Of a DNA stretch of 64,000 nt, positions 54,635-63,806 are shown piece by piece. The notes beneath the pieces are model-generated. The model saw only the letters and a program-made list of their open reading frames with translations. It was not told where the DNA came from and ran no database searches. The position numbers and the translations under genes are program-made. This DNA is from Minisyncoccota bacterium. GTDB taxonomy: Bacteria; Patescibacteriota; Minisyncoccia; Phycocordibacterales; Phycocordibacteraceae. Where the stretch lies: assembly GCA_035627595.1 (NCBI GenBank), contig DASPLK010000002.1, positions 224,481-288,480 on the forward strand. Direction: 5' to 3'. The stretch's first letter is position 1; every line of letters begins with the position of its first letter.

Positions 54635-55204
54635 CTACGGCAGCACAACGGCGCCCGGACAAAACGATAGGCCAAGATTTGTACCGGCAAATGAATCGTT
54701 CACGTAGCTATCGGTGCCCACGTATATATTAAGCGCGCAAAGTCCTGTCTGGTCGGTACCGAGCGTATTTAGTAGAAACTGCTCCGCACGATGGCGCGCG
54801 TCTGATAGAGGCTCTTCTAAGAGCGCTACGGTGAAGCTTCCGTAAGCTGTATTGAAGATGATGTTCGCGCCGGGGAGCTCGGCTGCTGCAGGACAGTCAT
54901 CTGTCATAAGGCAGTACTCAGGGGAGCCGGCCAGGTAGTACACGCCGGGATTCTGTACATCCTCAATGGTTGTCTCGCTCTTGAGGAAATCACGGATGAC
55001 TACCGAACCGCCGTCCGCAGTTGGAACTTCGACCAGAGGAACGTCCGTAGGCCGTATGTCGCTCGGATCCGCGTTAGGAAATGAAACGGGCGGATCCACC
55101 TCAGCCTGCTCCGGCGTTGTACGAAGTATGAAAAATGCAGCGACACCCACCGCGACAAGCAGCGCTCCAACCGAAAATATTCCTATCATCCAGAGATTTC
55201 GCAT
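54635..55204 (-). CDS. Membrane-anchored hypothetical protein, paralog A (ends LGLSFCPGAVVLP)
   Basis: N-terminal TM; TATCAT-N6-ATG upstream; paralogous to 54114-54632. Confidence 0.8.
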   Translation of the reverse strand: MRNLWMIGIFSVGALLVAVGVAAFFILRTTPEQAEVDPPVSFPNADPSDIRPTDVPLVEVPTADGGSVVIRDFLKSETTIEDVQNPGVYYLAGSPEYCLMTDDCPAAAELPGANIIFNTAYGSFTVALLEEPLSDARHRAEQFLLNTLGTDQTGLCALNIYVGTDSYVNDSFAGTNLGLSFCPGAVVLP

Positions 55205-55221
55205 ACGAAAATGATAGCACC

Positions 55222-56214
55222 TTAGCCTCCGCCGCGGTTGATACACTGCCGCTGCTTCGCGCTATTTGGATCTGTTACCCAAGCACCAAAGCCCTGAGTA
55301 CGCAGGATGTATGCTGCGGCAGAAGCGCTACAGTTGAGGTTTGCGGCAGCACGCACACACCGATCTACGATTGCGCTTCCAGCAATTGGGTTGCCATTCC
55401 TAAAACCGTCATCGCAGTTCAAAGGCCCCGATACACCTGCTGCTTGATAACAAGCGGCATTCTCGTATGCACGGCTATTTCCATCTAGAAGCACCTGGAA
55501 CGGTCCGGCGGCACTTGAGCCGCGTCCCCAGCGATAGTTTAGGTTCCGCGCTCCACAAGTACTCTCGAAGCGTGCAATGCAGGCGAGCGTGTTGGCGTCG
55601 GCATTCGATATCGAGTAGCCGCCTGCTGCTGCTCCCGCTTTTACGAGGACCGGGTCGCATGCTCCGGTACCGGTACCGAGCGGGCCGTCATATCCGCCGC
55701 CAGTAAAGACATCAATGACGGAAGGCAGCGGCGTAGGCGGTCCTGACGCCTGGAAGCATCGCGGTGCGCCGCCTGGTGCGAGTATTTCGCTCCATGGACC
55801 AAAGCCGACCTCAGGTCCTGCGTCATAGAGCACTTTCATTACAAAATCGACCACGAGCCACGCGGACAGCACGACAAGCGTGCCAATAACTGCGTTCCCG
55901 ATCAACTTCCTTCCTGCTTCTCTGCTGTGCGCGTTTGTGCTCGAAAGCATGAACATGACGCCGGCGTATACGATCGTGAGGACAATAATGATGATGGAAA
56001 TAGCAACCGCAAAATTCATTAGATTCTGCACTGTTTGCATTACGCATCCCCAATCAGCTGCCGTCGTGATGCGATCGCCGGTCTTAAGCATCTCCTCGTC
56101 TTCGCAGTTACATTCAGGCGGGACGATGGGCCCGAAGAAGGTTGCCGCCTGAGCAGAGAGCGGTACGAAGGTAATAAGCGCAACAAAAATGAGCGGAAGG
56201 AGTGCCACACGCAT
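55222..56214 (-). CDS. T4SS-pilin-like membrane protein fused to a C-terminal lysozyme/lytic-transglycosylase-like domain
   Basis: Same N-terminal core as 53115-54113; C-terminal CIARFES, AAGPFQ and AAAYILRTQGFGAW (SLT/Rpf-like motifs). Confidence 0.72.
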   Translation of the reverse strand: MRVALLPLIFVALITFVPLSAQAATFFGPIVPPECNCEDEEMLKTGDRITTAADWGCVMQTVQNLMNFAVAISIIIIVLTIVYAGVMFMLSSTNAHSREAGRKLIGNAVIGTLVVLSAWLVVDFVMKVLYDAGPEVGFGPWSEILAPGGAPRCFQASGPPTPLPSVIDVFTGGGYDGPLGTGTGACDPVLVKAGAAAGGYSISNADANTLACIARFESTCGARNLNYRWGRGSSAAGPFQVLLDGNSRAYENAACYQAAGVSGPLNCDDGFRNGNPIAGSAIVDRCVRAAANLNCSASAAAYILRTQGFGAWVTDPNSAKQRQCINRGGG

Positions 56215-56292
56215 ATGTCTATTGTAGACCGTTCACGCCTAATAGGTATGCACCTTGCCCACAGCCCCAGCTTCCGCTACTGTAGTGACGAA

Positions 56293-56363
56293 GGGCCTAT
56301 AGTTTAATGGTAGAACGTCGGTCTCCAAAACCGTCGGTCGAGGTTCGATTCCTCGTGGGCCCG
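56293..56363 (+). tRNA. tRNA-Trp(CCA)
   Basis: GGGCCTA/TGGGCCC acceptor stem, CTCCAAA anticodon loop and GGTTCGATTCC T-arm; CCA end not encoded. Confidence 0.93.
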
Positions 56364-56366
56364 CCG

Positions 56367-56831
56367 TTATGTAAGTTCATCCGGTGAGATGATAGCTGTA
56401 AATCCGTCAGCTACGCTCGGAGGATACTCCTGTAGCAAGCGACGCATACGTTCGAGAGCATGTTCCGGAACGGTTCGCGCTCGAAGCACGTTGCGCTCCT
56501 TTGCAGTATCAAGCGGCACATTGAAATACACGCCAACGATCTCGGTTGCGCCATAGCTCTTCGCCTTATCCGCAAAATCTCTGCGGTCCACTGGCTTGTA
56601 CTGAGTTGCATCAAAGACGACGGTCTCTCCCCTTTCGAGCGCTTCTTTCAAACGAAGGAATGCGGTCTCCCACACGAGCCGCATATCCGATTGGATACGC
56701 ACATCTCCCGATATCTCTTGTCGAAGCTCATCAGGAGATATGTAGGCATAGCTGTGCTCTCGCGCGTATTGAAGAAGGGAGGTCGACTTCCCTGATCCTG
56801 GGATGCCAATGCCTGCTATTACCCTACTCAT
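56367..56831 (-). CDS. P-loop kinase (AAA_33 / polynucleotide-kinase-like)
   Basis: GIPGSGKST, ISPDELR, VFDAT and RN..R.R.VP. Confidence 0.85.
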   Translation of the reverse strand: MSRVIAGIGIPGSGKSTSLLQYAREHSYAYISPDELRQEISGDVRIQSDMRLVWETAFLRLKEALERGETVVFDATQYKPVDRRDFADKAKSYGATEIVGVYFNVPLDTAKERNVLRARTVPEHALERMRRLLQEYPPSVADGFTAIISPDELT

Positions 56832-56851
56832 AGTTACACTCTAGCAAACGC

Positions 56852-56872
56852 AAAAGCCGCCCGAGGGCGGCT
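56852..56872 (-). terminator. Terminator after rpmG
   Basis: AGCCGCCC-N2-GGGCGGCT followed by TTT on the minus strand. Confidence 0.65.
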
Positions 56873-56877
56873 GTTTG

Positions 56878-57030
56878 CTACTTCTTTACCTCCTTGAAGG
56901 TCTCGTGCTTGCGGGTCTTGGGGTCGAACTTCTTAAGCTCGATCTTGCGCTCCACCTTCTTCTTGTTCTTGCGCGTGAAGATCACGTGCCCGGAGGTGCT
57001 CTTCAGCTTTATAAGATGGTCCTGGGACAT
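56878..57030 (-). CDS. rpmG: 50S ribosomal protein L33 (Cys-free form; not in ORF track)
   Basis: MSQDHLIKLKSTSGHVIFTRKNKKKVERKIELKKFDPKTRKHETFKEVKK. Confidence 0.93.
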   Translation of the reverse strand: MSQDHLIKLKSTSGHVIFTRKNKKKVERKIELKKFDPKTRKHETFKEVKK

Positions 57031-57057
57031 AGGGAAAATCTACCAGAGCGCCTCGTC

Positions 57058-59733
57058 TTAGGCAACTACGGACGCCTTCCTCGCGCGTGTAGCAGCCTTC
57101 TTCTTGACCTCGAAGTGCGGTTCCCCGTTCTTCATGGAGACCGTGACGGTACCTCCTTCCATAATGCCCTGACCCACCATAAGCGAGGCGATAGGCGTCA
57201 GAATGGTGTCCTGAATAGCTCGCTTTAGGGGGCGAGCGCCGTACTGTGGGTTATACCCCTTCTCAGCAAGCCACTCCTTAACGGCCGGGTCGATTGCAAG
57301 CGAAATGCGCTTGCCTCCCAGACGCTCTACAACCTCCCTGACCTGCTTCTCGACAATCTTGCCCAACGCTTCCTTATTGAGGACGTCGAAGATGACGATG
57401 TCATCGAGGCGGTTCAGGAACTCTGGACGGAAGTGGTTCTTGAGGGTCTCCATGACCTTATCCTTAACCGCCGCATAGCGTTCGGTCTCCTCCTTATCAG
57501 AGTGTCCGAAACCAATATTGACCATGCGGTCCATGAACTCGGCTCCAATGTTAGAAGTCAGAATAATGATGGTGTTCTTAAAGTTCACCTTCCTACCCTT
57601 GCTGTCCGTCAGGTGCCCAGAATCAAGCACCTGGAGAAGTATATTGAAGACTTCCGGATGCGCTTTTTCGATCTCATCGAACAAGACGACCGCATATGGG
57701 CGATGACGGATGCGTTCGGTGATAGAACCGGACTCCTCATAACCGACATAACCTGGAGGAGCACCAATGAGCTTTGCAATCGAGTGCTTCTCCATGAACT
57801 CGGACATGTCGACTCTAACGAGCGCGTCTGTGTCGTTAAACATAAACTCCGCAAGCTTTCTCGAGAGCTCAGTCTTACCGACACCAGTAGGTCCGAGGAA
57901 CAGGAATGAACCTATAGGACGGTTTGGATCTGCAATACCTACACGGGAACGCTTTACTGAGTTGGAGATGATCTTTACGGCAGCGTCCTGGCCAATCACG
58001 GATGCGGTGAGCTCTTCCTCCATGCGCGCAAGCTTTGCCGCCTCTTCCTCAAGCATCTTTTGTACTGGGATGCCGGTCCAGCGGGAGACGACGCCAGCAA
58101 TTTCCGCCTCCGTTACCTCCTCGTGGAGAATGCGGCGGGACTTCTGTAGCGTCTTCAAACGCTTCGTCTTGGCTTCGAGATCCTTCTGGATAGCCGGCAT
58201 ACGGCCATACCGTATCTCTGCGGCGGTCCCGAGGTCTGCAGAGGCTTCAGCAGCATCCGCCTGGACACGCAGCGAGTCGAGTTCCTTCTTGGCAGCACGA
58301 ATGTCCTGCAAGACTTCCTTCTCGTTCTTCCACTTAAGCTCAAGCTCTGCGGTTTTCTCCCGTAGGTCTGCTATCTCGGTATCGATTGCCTTAATGCGGT
58401 CCTTCGTTTCCTTAGACGTGGCGATGTCCTCGTCCTTCTTCAGCGCCTGGCGCTCAATCTCGATACGGCGAATCTTGCGATCGGTCTCCTCCAATAGAGG
58501 CGGCTTATTCTCTAGTGCAATACGAAGGCCAGAGGCGGCCTCATCGATGAGGTCGATTGCCTTATCTGGGAGGTAGCGGTCGGTGATGTAGCGCGATGAG
58601 AGTTCTACAGCTGAAACGATTGCGCCGTCGGTAATACGGACACCGTGATAAAGCTCGTAGCGATCGCGTAACCCACGGAGAATCGCCACCGCGTCCTCAG
58701 TTGAAGGTTCAGCCACAAATATCGGCTGGAAGCGACGGGTAAGAGCGCCATCCTTTTCGATGTGCTGCTGGTACTCCTTGATGGTGGTCGCGCCAATCAT
58801 ACGGATCTCACCACGTGCAAGCGCGGGCTTCAGCATATTTGAGGCATCCATTGCGCCTTCTGCGGCGCCGGCGCCAACAAGCGTGTGAAGCTCATCGACA
58901 AAGAGGATGACCTTTCCTTCAGCCTTCTCGACTTCCTTCATAACAGCCTTCATGCGCTCCTCGAACTCGCCGCGATACTTGGTTCCGGCAATCATGAGGC
59001 CGAGGTCGAGCGAAAGAAGCTCCTTGTTCTTAAGCGACTCGGGTACGTCACCTGAGGCGATGCGCGCAGCAAGACCCTCAGCAATTGCCGTCTTGCCGAC
59101 ACCACCCTCGCCGATTAGGACCGGGTTGTTCTTTGTGCGGCGCGAGAGAATCTGTATGACGCGGTATATCTCCTGGTCACGGCCGATGACAGGATCAAGA
59201 TCGTTCTCGGCAGCGAGTTTCGTGAGGTTGCGGGTGTACTTAGCAAGTGCACGAAAGCGCTTTGGCTCTGCCACCTGCCCCTCCTTGGAAGTCTTAAGTT
59301 CCTTAAGGACTTGTTGAACGGTGTCCTCATCTATTCTGAAGCGAGAAATGATATCCGCTGCAGGTCCCGGATGCTCGAGAACCGCCACAAAGAGGTGCTC
59401 GGTGCCGACATAAGGGTCGTTCATACGGGCAGCAACCTTGCCGGCAGCCTCAAGGGCCTGTGCGAGGTCAGGAGTTAGATAAAGGCTATAGCTCGGGGAA
59501 AGCACGCTCGCTGTTTCGGGAGATTCAAGTATCTCAAGTAGCGTATCGGAAAGGAGCATCGTATCGACATCCATGCGGTCGAGCACAGAGAAGACGAGGC
59601 TTTCCTCCTGGTGTATGAGGGCGGTCAAAAGATGCAGGGGCGAAACGTGGTTCTGCCCGCGCTCTATAGCAAGCTCATGCGCCTTCCGTATGGCTTCTTT
59701 AGCCTTGGTGGTGAAGTTCTTGAATGGTGACAT
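57058..59733 (-). CDS. clpB: ATP-dependent chaperone ClpB
   Basis: Clp-N repeats, [16 protein letters not shown], long middle coiled coil (AAEIRYG), GPTGVGKT and YGARPLKR. Confidence 0.93.
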   Translation of the reverse strand: MSPFKNFTTKAKEAIRKAHELAIERGQNHVSPLHLLTALIHQEESLVFSVLDRMDVDTMLLSDTLLEILESPETASVLSPSYSLYLTPDLAQALEAAGKVAARMNDPYVGTEHLFVAVLEHPGPAADIISRFRIDEDTVQQVLKELKTSKEGQVAEPKRFRALAKYTRNLTKLAAENDLDPVIGRDQEIYRVIQILSRRTKNNPVLIGEGGVGKTAIAEGLAARIASGDVPESLKNKELLSLDLGLMIAGTKYRGEFEERMKAVMKEVEKAEGKVILFVDELHTLVGAGAAEGAMDASNMLKPALARGEIRMIGATTIKEYQQHIEKDGALTRRFQPIFVAEPSTEDAVAILRGLRDRYELYHGVRITDGAIVSAVELSSRYITDRYLPDKAIDLIDEAASGLRIALENKPPLLEETDRKIRRIEIERQALKKDEDIATSKETKDRIKAIDTEIADLREKTAELELKWKNEKEVLQDIRAAKKELDSLRVQADAAEASADLGTAAEIRYGRMPAIQKDLEAKTKRLKTLQKSRRILHEEVTEAEIAGVVSRWTGIPVQKMLEEEAAKLARMEEELTASVIGQDAAVKIISNSVKRSRVGIADPNRPIGSFLFLGPTGVGKTELSRKLAEFMFNDTDALVRVDMSEFMEKHSIAKLIGAPPGYVGYEESGSITERIRHRPYAVVLFDEIEKAHPEVFNILLQVLDSGHLTDSKGRKVNFKNTIIILTSNIGAEFMDRMVNIGFGHSDKEETERYAAVKDKVMETLKNHFRPEFLNRLDDIVIFDVLNKEALGKIVEKQVREVVERLGGKRISLAIDPAVKEWLAEKGYNPQYGARPLKRAIQDTILTPIASLMVGQGIMEGGTVTVSMKNGEPHFEVKKKAATRARKASVVA

Positions 59734-59785
59734 AGGGCAGAAATATGAAGCTAGTAATACTTATGTAGACGAACCAGACGCTACG

Positions 59786-60532
59786 TTATGTAGCCGGCGC
59801 GTCTAGCAAGGTGGAGATGAGTTCCGCACCCACATAGACGCCTGTGGTGCCGGTAGAGAGACCGACCACATCGCCTTCGAGGTTTACCGCAGCAGCACCT
59901 GCAGGGACAACCGGAAGCGTAGTGTAGATGCCTGAGGCGTCTACTTTCGAGATAATGCCGGTTGCAGCTGCGCGGTCAGCAGTTATTGCGATAACCGTCT
60001 GACCGGCACGCAGGTCGCTCGTAGCAAGACGAGCTGCGGATGCTACCTGTGGAAGCGCAGCGTCATCTGCGAATCCATATACGCCCACATCGTCACTGGT
60101 GCGGGACAGTGACGCCTGCGCCACCGAGCCGTCGGCGAACTGAATGACCGCTTCTTGCGGAAGCTCGGGGCGCATAGTGGTAGCGACGATGCGAGACTTC
60201 GCGAAGTACACACCGACCGCAACCGCTGGTGTCGACGTCGCGCCCGTGTGGATGGTGACCGTACGTGCTGCAGCACCCTGGATAGCGTTTGTTAGGCGCT
60301 CTTCCTGCGTGGGTGCTGCAGGCTGGCTCGGGATGGTCACTATCGGAATAGGGCCTTCAGCCGAGACAGTCTCGACGGTGCGCTCCACAATCTGATTGAT
60401 CGTGCGGGTAACCGTCGGCGGCGCCTGATCCAAAAGAGATACGGTAAGGACGCCGGTAGCAATAGATACCACAAAGTTCACGAGCACCATGAGAAGCAGA
60501 AGCTGCGATTTCGAGAGGTCCTCAATGTTCAT
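59786..60532 (-). CDS. Membrane-anchored trypsin-fold-like protein, catalytic motifs apparently degenerate
   Basis: N-terminal TM; LRAGQTVIAI, GIISK and VNLEGDVVGL resemble HtrA-type strands, but there is no TNxH or GxSGG. Confidence 0.6.
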   Translation of the reverse strand: MNIEDLSKSQLLLLMVLVNFVVSIATGVLTVSLLDQAPPTVTRTINQIVERTVETVSAEGPIPIVTIPSQPAAPTQEERLTNAIQGAAARTVTIHTGATSTPAVAVGVYFAKSRIVATTMRPELPQEAVIQFADGSVAQASLSRTSDDVGVYGFADDAALPQVASAARLATSDLRAGQTVIAITADRAAATGIISKVDASGIYTTLPVVPAGAAAVNLEGDVVGLSTGTTGVYVGAELISTLLDAPAT

Positions 60533-60564
60533 ATATATAAGTATACCGCCATCGGCATACGAGG

Positions 60565-61722
60565 CTAGCCTGTGTATGAATCGAGAAACGCGACCGTTTC
60601 GATAAGTGCTTTAGCAAAGCGCCGTATCTCCCCTTCGCGAGTGGACGGGCCAAAGGATACGCGCAGGGTTGAGGCGGCGCGGACAGCGTCCCCGGTCATA
60701 TACAATACGACCCGCGACCCTTCTGCGTCGGTCTCACAAGAGCTCCGGGTAGAGACCGCATAACCCCGCTCGTCCAGCAGTGCAACCAGATAATCTGTAT
60801 CGCGTCCCAGAAGCGATAGGTTCAGGATATGGGGCACCTGCGCCTTTCCTCCGTTTATGACTAATCCTTCAATTGAATCGATGTCTGCCAGTAGCCGAGC
60901 GCGCAGGGAAGTGGAGTGACGAGAAAAATCCCCATGTCCCTTCTGACACTCAGAAAGAGATGCTGCGAATGCTGCGATGAGCGCCGAGGGCTCAGTTCCT
61001 GATCGCAGTCCCCGTTCCTGCCCTCCTCCTTCAACAATTGGCTGCAATGGGATGTAGCGTGGTGCCACCAGAAGCCCCGCACCTCGTACCCCTCCCACCT
61101 TCTGAGCGTCGAGCGTGATGAGATCCGCTCCAAGTCGTGCGCGCGTTATCGATTCAATCATGGGCAGCTGGCTAGCGTCCGCATGTATAAGCACATCGCT
61201 TCTTCCCGCCTCGACCAGCGCGCGCCGGATGCCCCGCACGTCGTAGCGCGTACCTGTCTCCCCACAGACGACATCAATTGAGATTAAGTAGGTCTCCTGT
61301 CGAAGCTGGGCCGCAAGTCGCGCCAGGTCGACCGCCCCTTCTGTTATATGGAGCGGTTCGATTTGAACACCCTCCCTTCCAAGTCCTTCGATGGTGCGGA
61401 GGCTCGAGGAATGTGCGGTAGGGAGGTAGAGAATATGTAAGTCCGGAAGCGACCTTCCGCTTCCCTTCAACGCTCCCGCAAGTGCAAGCGCATTTGCCTC
61501 AGTCGCACCGCTCGTGAATATGACGTCGTCCGCCTTTACCTCCATAAGGCGTGCGATCCTCGTCCTGGCCTCCTCTACCACCTTCTTCGCCTCTCGCCCC
61601 TCCATATGTGGCGCTGACGGGTTGCCGAAATGCTTTGTACCCTTTAAGAATGCACGGAACGCCGCGGCTGTTGGGGGAGCCGCAGAAGCCCAGTCAAGAT
61701 AGGTGCGGGAACGCATACGCAT
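60565..61722 (-). CDS. Cysteine desulfurase (IscS/NifS-like class V PLP enzyme)
   Basis: YLDWAS, GNPS, IFTSGATEAN, HADASQ, AQKVGG, GGGQERGLRSGT and STRSSC. Confidence 0.88.
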   Translation of the reverse strand: MRMRSRTYLDWASAAPPTAAAFRAFLKGTKHFGNPSAPHMEGREAKKVVEEARTRIARLMEVKADDVIFTSGATEANALALAGALKGSGRSLPDLHILYLPTAHSSSLRTIEGLGREGVQIEPLHITEGAVDLARLAAQLRQETYLISIDVVCGETGTRYDVRGIRRALVEAGRSDVLIHADASQLPMIESITRARLGADLITLDAQKVGGVRGAGLLVAPRYIPLQPIVEGGGQERGLRSGTEPSALIAAFAASLSECQKGHGDFSRHSTSLRARLLADIDSIEGLVINGGKAQVPHILNLSLLGRDTDYLVALLDERGYAVSTRSSCETDAEGSRVVLYMTGDAVRAASTLRVSFGPSTREGEIRRFAKALIETVAFLDSYTG

Positions 61723-61780
61723 GTGTCTAGCCTGCCACGTTGATTGCATTTGGCAAAGCGCTGTGGTGTACTCAATATAT

Positions 61781-63253
61781 ATGGCAACCGCGTCCCGAGC
61801 GCCAATAGTCGCTGTTATGGGTCATATCGACCACGGCAAGTCCTCCCTCCTCGATTACATCAGGAAGGCGAACGTTACCGCAGGCGAGGCAGGCGGCATC
61901 ACTCAGCACGTCTCTGCATATGAGGCGGTTCATGAGCATGAGGGTACTCCCCGCTCCATTACCTTCCTTGATACCCCCGGGCACGAGGCATTTCGTACCC
62001 TTCGCTCACGCGGTGCAGCTGCGGCCGATATCGCTATCCTTGTGGTAGCTGCAGACGAGGGCGTAAAGCCCCAGACCATGGAAGCGCATGCGGCCATACT
62101 CGAGAGCGGCATCCCCTACGTTGTCGCGTTCACGAAAATGGACAAGAACGGCGCAGACATGACGCGCGCGCAGAGCTCTGTGCTCGAACACGGCATCTAC
62201 CTTGAAGGGCTTGGTGGCGATGTGCCGTACGCACCAGTATCGTCTAAAAGCGGGGAGGGCGTTCCAGAACTACTGGACCTCGTCCTTTTGACCGCAGATC
62301 TCGCAGAACTTATCGCAGACACGTCCTTGCCTGCCACCGGCTTCGTACTCGAATCCTCACAGGATCCAAAGCGCGGCATTTCTGCGACTCTCATCATCAA
62401 GAACGGCACACTCATGACCGGATCTTTCGTCGTTGCAGGCGCTGCCATGACCCCGGTGCGCTTCATTGAGAACTTTACGGGTACACGTATCCCTACCGCG
62501 GGCCCTTCGCAGCCAGTACGCATCTCAGGCTGGGACCGTCTACCCGCTGCCGGTACGCCATTTGCGCTTGTCTCGACCAAGAAGGAGGCTGAGAAAATAA
62601 TGAGCGGGGTTGCAGCTGCTAAGCCAAAGGACGAGGAGTCGTTTGGAGACAAGGCCATATTCCCAATTATCGTTAAGGCGGACGTTACGGGCTCTATCGA
62701 AGCAATCAAGCACGAGCTCGCCAAGGTCGTCCATGATCGCGCAGCTATCCGCATCGTCGGCGAAGGAATTGGTGCGGTCTCCGAGAATGATGTGAAGCAG
62801 GCAGCAGCAGGCGGTGCAACCATTATTGCTTTCACGGTTGGCACCGAATCAGGCGCGCGCGATATCGCAGAGCGTATGAATGTTTCAATAGAGTCGTTCC
62901 AGATCATCTACGATCTCAATGACCGCCTTACCGCCCTTTTGACCGAGCGTGCTCCGAAGATCACTGTCGAGGAAGTCACGGGTGAGGCGAAGATCCTAAG
63001 GATATTTAGCACGACGGGTAACAAGCGCGTCCTTGGCGCAAATCTCCTTACCGGCTTTATCCGGCTTGGTGACTCTGTGCGACTCTCCCGCCGCGGCATC
63101 GAACTTGGATACGGCAAGGTCGTAAACCTGCAGCAGGCCCGCGCTGACGTAAAGGAAATCAAAACGGAAGGGGAGTTCGGCGCGCAAATCGAGACCAAGG
63201 TAGATATCGCACAGGGCGACACGGTTACGCCGTTCACGCTCGAGACAAAATAA
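61781..63253 (+). CDS. infB: Translation initiation factor IF-2 (lacks long N-terminal domain)
   Basis: [28 protein letters not shown] and [11 protein letters not shown]. Confidence 0.96.
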   Translation: MATASRAPIVAVMGHIDHGKSSLLDYIRKANVTAGEAGGITQHVSAYEAVHEHEGTPRSITFLDTPGHEAFRTLRSRGAAAADIAILVVAADEGVKPQTMEAHAAILESGIPYVVAFTKMDKNGADMTRAQSSVLEHGIYLEGLGGDVPYAPVSSKSGEGVPELLDLVLLTADLAELIADTSLPATGFVLESSQDPKRGISATLIIKNGTLMTGSFVVAGAAMTPVRFIENFTGTRIPTAGPSQPVRISGWDRLPAAGTPFALVSTKKEAEKIMSGVAAAKPKDEESFGDKAIFPIIVKADVTGSIEAIKHELAKVVHDRAAIRIVGEGIGAVSENDVKQAAAGGATIIAFTVGTESGARDIAERMNVSIESFQIIYDLNDRLTALLTERAPKITVEEVTGEAKILRIFSTTGNKRVLGANLLTGFIRLGDSVRLSRRGIELGYGKVVNLQQARADVKEIKTEGEFGAQIETKVDIAQGDTVTPFTLETK

Positions 63254-63597
63254 TGGGAAACATACACGATAAGAAGGTAGCCACGGTGCTCACGGAGCAA
63301 GCGGCAAAGTACATCGCACGCGAGGCGGGCCGCGAGACGCTCATCACCCCTACCCGGTCGGACGTATCTCGGGATGGCAAGAACGCAACCATCTATGTAT
63401 CCGTGTTTCCGGATGCGCAGAAGGATCATGCGCTGGCGTTCCTCAAGCGGCACAAGGACCTCTTCCGCGATTCACTAAAGAAGGGCACGCGCCTCTCCAG
63501 ACTTCCCTACATCACGTTCGAATTCGACTATGGTGAGCAGAATCGCCAGCACTTGGACGAGCTTTCAAAGCAGATTGAGGATGGCGCAGCAGACTAG
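63253..63597 (+). CDS. rbfA: Ribosome-binding factor A
   Basis: Directly follows infB; SRDGKNATIYVSV and RLPYITFEFD. Confidence 0.88.
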   Translation: MGNIHDKKVATVLTEQAAKYIAREAGRETLITPTRSDVSRDGKNATIYVSVFPDAQKDHALAFLKRHKDLFRDSLKKGTRLSRLPYITFEFDYGEQNRQHLDELSKQIEDGAAD

Positions 63598-63620
63598 CAT
63601 AGGCTAGTATCAGAAGCACT

Positions 63621-63693
63621 GGCCCAGTGGTGAAGTGGTAACACAGGAGTCTGCAAAACTCCCATTGCGCGGGTTCGATTCCCGCCTGGGCCT
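63621..63693 (+). tRNA. tRNA-Cys(GCA)
   Basis: GGCCCAG/CTGGGCC acceptor stem, CTGCAAA anticodon loop and GGTTCGATTCC. Confidence 0.93.
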
Positions 63694-63719
63694 CTAAATT
63701 GTGCTATCGTCTCCGATAG

Positions 63720-63806
63720 GCCGGGGTGATGAAATTGGTAGACATAGGGGACTTAAAATCCCTAGACCTTTTGGTCGTGTGGGTTCGATTCCCACCCTCG
63801 GCACCA
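63720..63806 (+). tRNA. tRNA-Leu(UAA)
   Basis: GCCGGGG...CTTAAAA anticodon loop, long variable arm and encoded CCA. Confidence 0.94.

Noticed and set aside
53115-56363. Pilin-hydrolase cassette as an island integrated at tRNA-Trp
   Set aside because: It lies on the 5' side of the tRNA, and I saw no integrase or duplicated tRNA end.
56875-57228. Plus-strand 117-aa Leu-rich ORF
   Set aside because: It is the antisense shadow of Lys-rich rpmG and the end of clpB.
59761-59790. Possible ECF promoter upstream of clpB (ATAAC...CGTC)
   Set aside because: The spacer is 13 nt, versus 16-17 nt at the two sites in the sigma operon.
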